Sequence record: MN988522.1
Strand: one strand, 5' to 3'
Length of the DNA stretch: 64,000 bases
The translations under genes and the position numbers were made by a program. The notes under the pieces were generated by a model. That model was given only the letters and a program-made list of their open reading frames with translations. It had not been told where the DNA came from and ran no database searches. Below are positions 1-8,488 of the stretch, piece by piece; the stretch's first letter is position 1, and every line of letters begins with the position of its first letter.

Positions 1-37
1 TACCGTTAAGTTCACTCCATCAAAAGAGGGGAATCAA

Positions 38-330
38 GATGGTAATGTTCGGTGTATCGAAAGATCCCATCGTACGTAAAGGATTTGAGGTACTGGCTCA
101 TCAAGCTGGTACCTCAGCAGCAAGAGATAATGAGCAGAGGGTAGTACCTGATCCGTGGATAGGTTTTGAGGACCACTGGAAATCTGGATACGACTCCTTT
201 GTTAAAGGAGTTATGAGTTACGACTTCCTTCGACGTACGTAACTGGTGAATTGTCTGGGATACTTGCTTAGGTAGGTATCCCAGATTACTTGTTTCTAGA
301 CTAACTCTGAGGATCGTAAGATCCGATGAG
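38..330 (+). ncRNA. Candidate structured non-coding RNA (multi-hairpin; may extend 5' beyond the window)
   Basis: Hairpins at 86-98/104-116 (13 bp, 2 G-U), 192-200/204-212, 254-267/272-285 (14 bp) and 305-330 (GGATC-GTAA-GATCC with tandem GA). Long-range helix 71-83/226-239. No credible gene until ATG 374. Confidence 0.45.
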
Positions 331-373
331 GGATGCATTATTATTACACGGACCCCTCCCTTGGAGATTGTTA

Positions 374-655
374 ATGACTAAGACATATAAGACTCGAGAG
401 ATTAGTCCAGGTCAATCTGTATCTGTTGACAAGGCTAAGTTTACATTCTACAAGGAATCAGGAAAGTATTACACAGAGGGTGAGGGTATTGCTCCATTGT
501 ACTCTCATTATGACAACTCTCGTGAAGCTCTCATGAAGTTGAATGGAGGTAAGATGCCAGGACTCAGTGGTCCAGGAAATGATTTCTATCTTGTAATCTA
601 TCCTCTCAATGACGAGAGCGATATTGTCCCACGTTTACTGAAACCAGGAGAGTAG
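374..655 (+). CDS. Hypothetical phage protein (start moved to ATG 374)
   Basis: GGAGA RBS at 363-367; abuts the next ORF. Confidence 0.7.
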   Translation: MTKTYKTREISPGQSVSVDKAKFTFYKESGKYYTEGEGIAPLYSHYDNSREALMKLNGGKMPGLSGPGNDFYLVIYPLNDESDIVPRLLKPGE

Positions 656-656
656 T

Positions 657-953
657 ATGAGTGACGTGCGTCTTCAGGAATTGGATGAGATAGTTGAAGT
701 TTCTCGTCAATCGAACACTCTGGATATCACATATCCAGTTTCACATATTCTGAGATACTATCATGAAGACTCAGATAAATATGATGTGGATCAGATGCTC
801 GAGATCTTCAACAAATGGCTTGATAGTTATCTGCGCACTCATATAAATTCTGAAATGCACATACTCTCGATTGATGCTATTCTTGTGAAATTCTTTGAAG
901 ATCACAAGGTAGAATTTCCATCGTACCTCATTTCTAACAAGGACCTTGACTAG
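657..953 (+). CDS. Hypothetical protein
   Basis: Part of a tightly packed + strand ORF run. Confidence 0.7.
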   Translation: MSDVRLQELDEIVEVSRQSNTLDITYPVSHILRYYHEDSDKYDVDQMLEIFNKWLDSYLRTHINSEMHILSIDAILVKFFEDHKVEFPSYLISNKDLD

Positions 954-1407
954 CATGAGAGACTATAATCTTAGATATGATCAGGATGCACTGGTATCGG
1001 TAAAATTGAAGAAGGGTAACGATCGTAGAGATCGTAATTCTAGATCTCTTAAAGAACTGACTGGTAAGATTAAACTAGTCATTCCATCTGGTGCAGATGA
1101 GTACACTTATCTGAGATATAAAGGTTTAGTAAAGAGGCCTCGGAGGAATACTAAGTCATTAAAATCTGCACCTAAGACATCGATACGATACGCTATTGTT
1201 ACTAGAAATGGTAATACAATATGTAATCACACTCGACTGAGATCAACTAAAGAAGAAACTGAGCGACGAAAACGGATTCGTGAGTTAGCTAATCGAGCTC
1301 GTGAGATGTTTGATGACATGGACTGTGATGTGTTCGCAGATAATGTCTGGAAGCTACTCAATGGAGACGAATCAGGTAAGATGTACTTTGGAGTGAATGA
1401 ACAATGA
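946..1407 (+). CDS. Hypothetical basic protein
   Basis: Overlaps both neighbours; K/R-rich. Confidence 0.7.
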   Translation: MTSMRDYNLRYDQDALVSVKLKKGNDRRDRNSRSLKELTGKIKLVIPSGADEYTYLRYKGLVKRPRRNTKSLKSAPKTSIRYAIVTRNGNTICNHTRLRSTKEETERRKRIRELANRAREMFDDMDCDVFADNVWKLLNGDESGKMYFGVNEQ

Positions 1408-1841
1408 ACTGGTCAGATCTTACAATTGCATTTCAGTACATCGTTAGTAATGTACCAGAACCTATGGGCAAGTCTAGTGATGGGATTCTGAAAGTCGAGT
1501 TTGGTAATGAGAGTCTGTGGGATAAAGAATTCCACATCAAACCTCTAGTCTCAGTTGAACTCGGAGGTTATCAAATAGGTACCTGGAATAGACATACAGT
1601 TATCGGACCATTCGATACTGAAGAAGATGCTATGGAAGGTACACGTAAGAAGATTCTTGAAGCATTCGATATTGTTAATCAAGAAATTTTCGAACATCTT
1701 CGACCTGAGTACTATCATCTTGAGGATGATCAGATCCCTCGATGGAACAATGAAGTTAGTAGATTCTCGGACTCAGAGAAGTCTAAGATGATGAGTCTTG
1801 AGAACGAATTTCTCTCTGTATTAAGCGATCGGAAGGCTTGA
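1404..1841 (+). CDS. Hypothetical protein
   Basis: ATGA overlap with the previous ORF. Confidence 0.7.
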   Translation: MNWSDLTIAFQYIVSNVPEPMGKSSDGILKVEFGNESLWDKEFHIKPLVSVELGGYQIGTWNRHTVIGPFDTEEDAMEGTRKKILEAFDIVNQEIFEHLRPEYYHLEDDQIPRWNNEVSRFSDSEKSKMMSLENEFLSVLSDRKA

Positions 1842-1851
1842 TAGCCTTCCT
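1825..1851 (+). promoter_or_regulatory. Phage promoter-like motif copy 1
   Basis: GCGAT at 1825 and GCCTTCCT at 1844 (19-nt offset); also forms GGAAGGCT-TGAT-AGCCTTCC hairpin. Confidence 0.7.
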
Positions 1852-1880
1852 TTCTTGATAAGAATAATATAGAGATTATT

Positions 1881-2153
1881 ATGAATAATACTATATCTAC
1901 CCAATTGATTTGGGAAGAAGTAGATGAGGACCAGTGGTTTCTTTACTATAATCCTACTGATAATTCTTCTAAGATTTTCATCGGAGAAGTGTACTGGTCT
2001 ATTTCAGGATCTATCAGATGGATTAATAAATTGACAGACTGGAGAGATTCATCATCTTCAATCGAACAAGCACGAGATGACTTGTTCACTAGTTGTCTGG
2101 AAGAACTTAGTAGACTCGATAAGTCATATCAAAGGATAGAGTATGCCAACTGA
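1881..2153 (+). CDS. Hypothetical protein
   Basis: First ORF after the promoter motif. Confidence 0.65.
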   Translation: MNNTISTQLIWEEVDEDQWFLYYNPTDNSSKIFIGEVYWSISGSIRWINKLTDWRDSSSSIEQARDDLFTSCLEELSRLDKSYQRIEYAN

Positions 2154-2571
2154 AATCGTAGATGGTAAAATTGATGGGATCGATATAAACGATCCTCATT
2201 TTACTCTAAAACATATGTATCGAATCATTCCAGAGAGTGAAGCTGGACAAGGACATGTTGATCGTATGCTTGACTTCTTCGTTGAGCATCCATATATTCC
2301 GGAGCAAGATACATATACCAAATATGAATTTGCTAATATTCTAACGAAACATGATCATCGACTAGAGATGACAGGATTTTACTTCAATCCTGATGAAGAA
2401 TTTAGTAACCTGGAAGTCGAGGATGACGAAAAGGCTATTCTACAACCTTATGCACTGATGCTTGCATGCCTACAAGGTAATGCATTCCCTGACCTTATCG
2501 AACAATACATGAAGGAAGCTAAATGGTTTCTCATGTCTAACGGTTGGTGGGATAAAGTACGTCAGGCATAA
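2143..2571 (+). CDS. Hypothetical protein
   Basis: GGA RBS; overlaps the previous ORF. Confidence 0.7.
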   Translation: MPTEIVDGKIDGIDINDPHFTLKHMYRIIPESEAGQGHVDRMLDFFVEHPYIPEQDTYTKYEFANILTKHDHRLEMTGFYFNPDEEFSNLEVEDDEKAILQPYALMLACLQGNAFPDLIEQYMKEAKWFLMSNGWWDKVRQA

Positions 2572-2586
2572 TCTGAAAGGATATGC

Positions 2587-2832
2587 ATGAGTATAGAATA
2601 CTTTATCAAACTAGGGATCAATCTTACATTATCATTATCCTGTATAGGTATGCTGATAATTATGAGGCAGATTCTCCATAAGGAGAGTTTTACTCAGAAA
2701 AGATTGATCATGTTGTTCACGAGTATACTGATTGTAGTCATTCTGGCCATGATCTGGACTGACTACTCATTTGTCGTCTATCGTTACTTGCATCCAGCTG
2801 AGAAATCAGACTTGATCCTTAACGGTAATTAA
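2587..2832 (+). CDS. Small membrane protein (2 predicted TM helices)
   Basis: Two hydrophobic stretches; AAAGGA RBS. Confidence 0.65.
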   Translation: MSIEYFIKLGINLTLSLSCIGMLIIMRQILHKESFTQKRLIMLFTSILIVVILAMIWTDYSFVVYRYLHPAEKSDLILNGN

Positions 2833-2846
2833 TCACTCTAGAATCG

Positions 2847-2873
2847 GCGAACCTAACGTCGGATAGCCTTCCT
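2847..2873 (+). promoter_or_regulatory. Phage promoter-like motif copy 2
   Basis: GCGAA at 2847, GCCTTCCT at 2866. Confidence 0.7.
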
Positions 2874-2909
2874 TAATGTCAGACGTTCGATCGTCTTTCA
2901 GGTTGCCTT

Positions 2910-2952
2910 AGCCAGTATCTTAGTCTTCGGATTAGGATACTGGCTCTTTTTC
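2910..2952 (+). terminator. Strong intrinsic terminator with cUUCGg loop
   Basis: 16-bp stem 2910-2925/2930-2945, loop TTCG, followed by CTTTTTC. Confidence 0.85.
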
Positions 2953-2979
2953 TGTTTCTACTGAAATTAGTGGTGTGAC

Positions 2980-3165
2980 ATGAGTATTAAAGATCGTGAG
3001 ATGAAGTCTCTATGCAATCAACTCAAAACTCTGTTTTGTGGAGGTAAGATAGATGATCTCACTAGATTAATAATTTCGAATGAGCTAGCAATTTTCAATC
3101 GGAAGTACAAGAGTAATCTCACAATGGACATTTCCAATAATGGAATATTGTTCGAGGAACGTTAA
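2980..3165 (+). CDS. Hypothetical protein
   Basis: TAATG overlap with the helicase start. Confidence 0.55.
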   Translation: MSIKDREMKSLCNQLKTLFCGGKIDDLTRLIISNELAIFNRKYKSNLTMDISNNGILFEER

Positions 3166-5414
3166 TGTCAATTGTAGTCGTCAATGGTCAGAACTTTGAT
3201 ATCGATACTCTGGATTTCTCAGAGAAGTCGAAGAGAGATGACTGGCATTCTAATGAAGGTAAGTTCATTAGGCTGCTGAAGCAAGACGTATACCTTACCT
3301 CCAAGATCTTGGAGTATGTCGTAGATAATGTGGACGATCTCATTGTAGGATATAAATCCTCTGACGGTCTTAGTCCATCGTACTTTCGTAAGTCTCTCCT
3401 CGTAGAGATTAATGAGATTCAAAGAAATGGTAAGATCCTAACAGACAATTTTATGAATAGTCTGTTCATCCGTTATAACTCTATCTTTGTTAAGGTTATC
3501 AAAGATCTTTCATCTGCAGTCAGCATTGACGAGAAGGATGAAGACTGGGTATGGACGTATGATAGCGATGGAAAGATCGTCTTTGATTATTCCCACGAAG
3601 CCCTCTCCCGTAGACGTACTCATCTGCAGAATTTCGACCGATCCATCCTTCCATTGGACTATACCAAGCTGGAAGATGTGTTTACCAAGCCTGAATTCAC
3701 TGCTTTATCCAATAAACGTGTGGTATGTTGGTCTTGTGGGTCGTATAAGACCACTTTGATCCGTCAATTCATTGTCAAACACTGGCTTGATGGCATCCTT
3801 TATGCGTGTTCTACGATCGAAGAAGTAAACCTTCTGACATATGATATTGCCTGCTTCATTGGAGAAGAGAATGTCTTCAAGTTGCATCACCAGATTGATA
3901 CTGATATCTACGCAGAGTACCATAAGAATCCTGAGTTTCTGAAAGAGAAGAGTGTTGTAGTCACTACGCACTCTCGTCTCATGAAGGATCCACCTTCGAT
4001 TCTTATTACTCAGATCGATGATCCACTAGGTGGAGATTCTCGACGTCAGTATGTTCTCATCGATGAGAAACCTCAGTTCTATGATCACATCAGCTTGAAC
4101 AATGATCAGGTACAGAATGTGATGAATCTGAGTACAGATCTATCTCCTCGTGAAGCTCAGAAGAAATTTCGAGAAGGTGTGAAGAATGCTTCAGGTATCT
4201 TCAAGTCTCTGAAGCATAACTCTGTTGAGTTGTTGAGTAAATCATCCGTCGATCGATCTGTCAACTTTCTTGACACGAGAGTGAATCCAACTACAGGTGC
4301 TGAGTATTTCGTACCCAACATCAACATGTTGAGAGCTGAGTTCGCAGTTAGTATGATTGTGAAACAGATCAACAAGAAGATCAAGATCGATCCGAACTAC
4401 GAGATCAAGAAAGATAAGAATCGTTACTTCTACAATCTAGGTGATCTGGAATTTAAGAACCTAATCATCTTTGATGGTACAGGTGATCTGATTCTCAATG
4501 AAAGTCCTGACTGGAAGATCATCAAAACTCCTGAGACTAGTTTTAATTTCAAAGGTAGTTTTAATGAGATTGAAAGTGATATTCGTAGAAGACTCGTAGG
4601 TAATGATCTCGAGCACTCCTCACAAGAATTCGATAAGATTATTCAATATCTTATTGGATTGACTGAGAAGCATGAGAAGATCTTCGTAGTCTCTTGGAAG
4701 GACATGAAAGGTAATGAAGATGATATGCCTAAGACAGGTGCTATCATTGACAATAATGTTCTTGCTAAGTTGACTGATCAGAGGATTGTCCAAGCGACTG
4801 ACGATCTGAATGCATACATTAAATTCAGGATTCCTCTAGAGCTTAGACATAAATTCGAGTTTACATACTACTTGTCAGGTAAAACTCGAGGTACGAATCG
4901 TTATGTTGATTGTGATGCAGTTGTATTGTTAGGTAGTTTCTATATTCCTAATCATGCTATTGCTATGATGAATGAACAGAATAATGCGAAGATGACTAAC
5001 GATATGCATTCAATGGCTGAAATCGTTCAAGCTATCTATCGTACGAGAGCTCGTAAGCTCAAACCTGTTGATGTTTATTATACATCTGATTGGAGTAAGC
5101 AACTCATTGTTGATACAATGAAGTATATTAATGCTCCGATCAGTGATGAATTCACATCAGACATACAGACTAAGATGAGATTGTTCTCAATGCAGTATGG
5201 AGTTAATATAACTCCGACTACGACTAAGCTAATTAAACTATTAGCATCTAAGTATTCTGATCTAATAGCAGGTGATACATCTGAATATCAAGTTCCACCT
5301 GATGAAGATAGTCGAGAATTTAAGAGAGGTATTCAAAATCTCTTGAATAAAGTTGATGAATTGAGATACGAGGATAAAAAGTATTCGAGATTCTTCAAGG
5401 TAATACCCGTTTAG
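3165..5414 (+). CDS. Divergent SF2 helicase-like protein (possible origin-binding type)
   Basis: Walker A variant CGSYKTT, Walker B LIDEKP, motif III-like IFDGTG, GKTRGTNRY, motif VI QAIYRTRAR. Confidence 0.65.
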   Translation: MSIVVVNGQNFDIDTLDFSEKSKRDDWHSNEGKFIRLLKQDVYLTSKILEYVVDNVDDLIVGYKSSDGLSPSYFRKSLLVEINEIQRNGKILTDNFMNSLFIRYNSIFVKVIKDLSSAVSIDEKDEDWVWTYDSDGKIVFDYSHEALSRRRTHLQNFDRSILPLDYTKLEDVFTKPEFTALSNKRVVCWSCGSYKTTLIRQFIVKHWLDGILYACSTIEEVNLLTYDIACFIGEENVFKLHHQIDTDIYAEYHKNPEFLKEKSVVVTTHSRLMKDPPSILITQIDDPLGGDSRRQYVLIDEKPQFYDHISLNNDQVQNVMNLSTDLSPREAQKKFREGVKNASGIFKSLKHNSVELLSKSSVDRSVNFLDTRVNPTTGAEYFVPNINMLRAEFAVSMIVKQINKKIKIDPNYEIKKDKNRYFYNLGDLEFKNLIIFDGTGDLILNESPDWKIIKTPETSFNFKGSFNEIESDIRRRLVGNDLEHSSQEFDKIIQYLIGLTEKHEKIFVVSWKDMKGNEDDMPKTGAIIDNNVLAKLTDQRIVQATDDLNAYIKFRIPLELRHKFEFTYYLSGKTRGTNRYVDCDAVVLLGSFYIPNHAIAMMNEQNNAKMTNDMHSMAEIVQAIYRTRARKLKPVDVYYTSDWSKQLIVDTMKYINAPISDEFTSDIQTKMRLFSMQYGVNITPTTTKLIKLLASKYSDLIAGDTSEYQVPPDEDSREFKRGIQNLLNKVDELRYEDKKYSRFFKVIPV

Positions 5415-5480
5415 AGTCGAGGCGGCCTAAGGAAGCTCTAATTCCCGTTCTAATCAACCGGGAATTTAGCGTTTCTTAAG

Positions 5481-5530
5481 TAATAATAAGAAGAGCAATA
5501 TAACCTTCTTATTATAATTATAATTATCAT
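5481..5530. repeat. AT-rich inverted-repeat element A (candidate origin)
   Basis: ATAATAAGAAG (5483-5493) / CTTCTTATTAT (5505-5515); its reverse complement resembles 45753-45799. Confidence 0.55.
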
Positions 5531-5543
5531 AGAAAGAAAGTCA

Positions 5544-5831
5544 ATGAAACTCACGAGGACTGAAGTTTATCAAATCAACGGTAAAGAGACAGCTCATATA
5601 GTAGCTAGCAAGTTTGCTATAGATGGATCACTCTTCAACAAGTTCTATCTTGAAGTTAATGACAAGGTGAGTGCTCCTAGATTGATTAGAGATTATATTG
5701 ATACTCTACAATTGACAATCCCTGATAAGGTTGTCTATATTCTTAGCTTAGAGAAAACTGAAATTAGGACTACAGATTTTCGAAAGAAGAATAATGAGCA
5801 AGGTAGGAGACCTACTCCAAAATCTGAGTGA
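5544..5831 (+). CDS. Hypothetical protein
   Basis: ORF track; GAAAGAAAG upstream. Confidence 0.6.
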   Translation: MKLTRTEVYQINGKETAHIVASKFAIDGSLFNKFYLEVNDKVSAPRLIRDYIDTLQLTIPDKVVYILSLEKTEIRTTDFRKKNNEQGRRPTPKSE

Positions 5832-6006
5832 TAAGTATGTAGCAAGTGATGAGCTTAGACAATCTCGTCTAGACATTTGTAATACTTGTCCATTCAGTGT
5901 GATGAAGAAATTCACTATTGAATTGAATATATGTAACAAGTGTGGATGTGTTATTAGTCAGAAGACTAAGATCAAGTCCTCAGAGTGTCCAATTGGTAAT
6001 TGGTGA
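5794..6006 (+). CDS. Small Cys-rich zinc-binding protein (DUF6171-like)
   Basis: RLDICNTC...CNKCGC..K....ECPIGNW pattern. Confidence 0.6.
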   Translation: MSKVGDLLQNLSDKYVASDELRQSRLDICNTCPFSVMKKFTIELNICNKCGCVISQKTKIKSSECPIGNW

Positions 6007-6120
6007 TCATGTTAATGGAACGTTCCATGGATGGAGGATCCACGATATACTATGGGAGACCAGAGATCGGACAACTGAGAGATCCTCAGAGTCCATTCAT
6101 TTTAGATAAAAGTGTGAGTT

Positions 6121-6531
6121 ATGACAAAAGTAGCAATAGCAGGAGTCATCGTAAAAGATGGCAGAGAAATCCTTCTAGGTAAGAGAATTGGTGGTATCAT
6201 CGATGGATTCTACGTATTACCTGGAGGTAAGCTTGAAGATGATGAAAGCTTACAAGAATGTCTGAAACGAGAAATTCTTGAAGAGACAAATCTCGAACTT
6301 AAGAATATCTCGACACACATTGCTTATCGTGAACCAGACATTAAGGGATTCAGATTCCTTATGATCTACTTTAGAGCTGACGTAGTCGATGAATCACTAC
6401 TTCAGAATACTGAGCCTGACAAGTGCGAAGGATGGGGATGGTATGATATCCATGACCTTCCGACTCCATGTTGGGATCTCGATCCGATCAAACAATTCTA
6501 TCCTTCAGCCATCATCAAGAGAGCTATCTAA
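6121..6531 (+). CDS. NUDIX hydrolase (MutT/NUDT15-like)
   Basis: Nudix box PGGKLEDDESLQECLKREILEETNL; EPDKCEGWGW. Confidence 0.92.
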   Translation: MTKVAIAGVIVKDGREILLGKRIGGIIDGFYVLPGGKLEDDESLQECLKREILEETNLELKNISTHIAYREPDIKGFRFLMIYFRADVVDESLLQNTEPDKCEGWGWYDIHDLPTPCWDLDPIKQFYPSAIIKRAI

Positions 6532-6743
6532 TGTCTGACAATTTCTTTGAGTATGCTAAGTCCCATAACAATAAAACTGTAATGACGATTAAGGATTTCA
6601 AAGGAAAGAAGTACTTAGATATCCGTGAGAAATTCTTTGATGGTACCAATTGGCACTATACCAAGAAAGGTGTCAGTATTCCAATCGAGGAGATGGAACA
6701 ACTGTCGAAGGATCTAGAGGAACTTAAGAGAAACACAGCATGA
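6531..6743 (+). CDS. PC4/Sub1-like ssDNA-binding protein (start at ATG 6531)
   Basis: TIKDFKGKKYLDIREKF...YTKKGVSIP signature. Confidence 0.85.
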   Translation: MSDNFFEYAKSHNNKTVMTIKDFKGKKYLDIREKFFDGTNWHYTKKGVSIPIEEMEQLSKDLEELKRNTA

Positions 6744-6982
6744 ATTACTTTACAGATATAAGCAGTGTCAGAGAAATGCTAGGTAAGCTAGCTGAAGCTC
6801 CTGATTCTCAGATTGATGATAAGTTTCGTAAGGAGCTATCTCATCTCGTTACAATTGAGACTCTAGGTTCACAAGATGTTAAGCGAGCATTAGACATGTG
6901 TGTACATTCGTCTCTCGCATCTGACTTTGTAGTCAATGTTCTAGATATTATCTACAAACAATTGAAGACGTGGAATGAGTGA
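6740..6982 (+). CDS. Hypothetical protein
   Basis: ATGA-coupled ORF. Confidence 0.65.
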   Translation: MNYFTDISSVREMLGKLAEAPDSQIDDKFRKELSHLVTIETLGSQDVKRALDMCVHSSLASDFVVNVLDIIYKQLKTWNE

Positions 6983-7199
6983 AATCACTTTAGGTCAAGC
7001 TGATAAAATCCAACAGATCTGCAAGGATGTTCAAGTCGAAGGAGCTCACTTTATCTTTAGACTCGCTACTGCCCTTGCAGCAGATGTAGGTTATAGTTTA
7101 TACCCTGAGTCAGATTATAACTACGGTGCAGAATCTGATACGATTCGAAATCTTAGAAGTCTTGCTCAGTCTATGGGTTACAAATTGGAACCTCTTTAA
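6975..7199 (+). CDS. Hypothetical protein
   Basis: Coupled ORF. Confidence 0.6.
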   Translation: MSEITLGQADKIQQICKDVQVEGAHFIFRLATALAADVGYSLYPESDYNYGAESDTIRNLRSLAQSMGYKLEPL

Positions 7200-7579
7200 T
7201 GGGTAAGATTAATAAATTAGATCGATTCAAAATTGTTGAGTCGATCGCAGGCAAGAAGCCTGAGAGACAATACAAGAACTTCGGTCACTACATTTTGACT
7301 ACCAGAGGAGAGTGCCAGAACTGTCATGGCGCAGGTAGAGTAGTGGCTCCAGGGGAGAGACCTGACGTTTATGAGGGACATAAAATGTCAAGGAGAATTA
7401 ACTGTCCTAAGTGTGAAGGTACAGGTCGTGCTACTAGTAAAATGCTGACCTCGTACTATGCTAAGACTGTTAGTAATTTTAATACGAGAATGCATAAGTG
7501 GAGGGAAGACAGAGCGAAGATCGAGAAAGCGATTCTATCTCTATCTCGAGAAGATGCGAAAGTCTTAAAGCTGCTATGA
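7199..7579 (+). CDS. DnaJ-type zinc-finger protein
   Basis: CQNCHGAG and CPKCEGTG (CxxCxGxG) repeats. Confidence 0.7.
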   Translation: MGKINKLDRFKIVESIAGKKPERQYKNFGHYILTTRGECQNCHGAGRVVAPGERPDVYEGHKMSRRINCPKCEGTGRATSKMLTSYYAKTVSNFNTRMHKWREDRAKIEKAILSLSREDAKVLKLL

Positions 7580-7596
7580 TTTAGCGGAATGTTTCA

Positions 7597-7839
7597 ATGA
7601 GTTTTATCAAGAAAATTGTTAGTTTTCTATTAAAGCTATTCTATCGAGACTACATTTTCCTTAGATATAAGCCTCTGAAGAATATCACTAGTTCAGAAGT
7701 ATCGAGATGCATAGATCTGGTACCTATGACAACAATCGACAATCCTCTTGATGAGGATGTCCGTATCAAGATTAGTCGAGCTCAGTACGATGAGCTTCCC
7801 TATGAGATTTCTAGACACTTTGAGGATTACTATGGTTAA
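7597..7839 (+). CDS. Hypothetical protein
   Basis: ORF track. Confidence 0.55.
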   Translation: MSFIKKIVSFLLKLFYRDYIFLRYKPLKNITSSEVSRCIDLVPMTTIDNPLDEDVRIKISRAQYDELPYEISRHFEDYYG

Positions 7840-8194
7840 ATTCGGATCAGAACCATTTCTTGAATGTTCATCGAAAGGAGATAAGAGATTCAGTGCATTC
7901 TACGCTCGAATCAAGTCTCGTGACAACAAGTCGATTGAAGATATTTATCAGTCTTCTAAGATCTTCGAAGATGGTTCTACTGGATTGTCATGGAAAGAGG
8001 CTAAAGGTCGTAAGTGTGTTAATCAGACTGAGGTCAGGAACCTTTACCGTAGACTCTGGATTGAATATCTAGATGAAAATCCTGACCTCGTCGAATTCCT
8101 TAAGAGATTTAACGGTTATTCAGATATCTTCGGTCAAGACGGTCATGCATGTCAAGCTGAAGAGATCTATGATTATATGGCTATGAGATCATGA
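7832..8194 (+). CDS. NADAR-superfamily-like protein (start at ATG 7832)
   Basis: ECSSKGDKRFSAFYA...SIEDIYQSSKIF resembles the S.K...SAF...E..yQ..K pattern of NADAR-like families. Confidence 0.5.
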   Translation: MVKFGSEPFLECSSKGDKRFSAFYARIKSRDNKSIEDIYQSSKIFEDGSTGLSWKEAKGRKCVNQTEVRNLYRRLWIEYLDENPDLVEFLKRFNGYSDIFGQDGHACQAEEIYDYMAMRS

Positions 8195-8436
8195 CAATAA
8201 ATAGTAATGTATTGCATGCAATTAATGATTTCAAGAACTATATCATTGAACTTGATAATGGTGTACCGTATCGTCGAGCAGTTCAGATAAGAGATCAAGC
8301 TAGTATCTGCAATGATCTGATGAACTATACGAGTGCCAGTATGTGGGATTCTAATCCTCCTGAGTGGCAGGAATTAGATTCACTAGTGACAATGGTATTT
8401 CAAAAGACAAATAAATTGATCTACAAGAGCGAATGA
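8191..8436 (+). CDS. Hypothetical protein
   Basis: ATGA overlap. Confidence 0.6.
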   Translation: MTINSNVLHAINDFKNYIIELDNGVPYRRAVQIRDQASICNDLMNYTSASMWDSNPPEWQELDSLVTMVFQKTNKLIYKSE

Positions 8437-8455
8437 GAGGTCGATTAACCTTCCT
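8429..8455 (+). promoter_or_regulatory. Phage promoter-like motif copy 3
   Basis: GCGAA at 8429, ACCTTCCT at 8448. Confidence 0.7.
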
Positions 8456-8488
8456 CTTTACAACAACGAATCCAGGTATTTTTAGATA

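Noticed and set aside
39-242. 67-aa ORF in the structured region
   Set aside because: No recognisable motifs, and it overlaps multiple long helices; more likely incidental within a structured RNA or leader, though not excluded
305-330. Box C/D k-turn or hammerhead core (CTGA...GATGA)
   Set aside because: Lacks the 3-nt k-turn bulge and the CUGAUGA/GAAA hammerhead core; kept only as a tandem-GA hairpin
296-411. Group I intron P7-like pairing (TAGACTAA at 297 with TTAGTCC at 402) and Q-like CTCAGCAGC at 113
   Set aside because: The 3' partner lies inside the coding sequence of 374..655; no P element, P3 or splice-site context was found; no interrupted gene is evident
5501-5510. TAACCTTCTT as a 15th promoter copy
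   Set aside because: No upstream RCGAA box; it is the arm of the AT-rich inverted repeat
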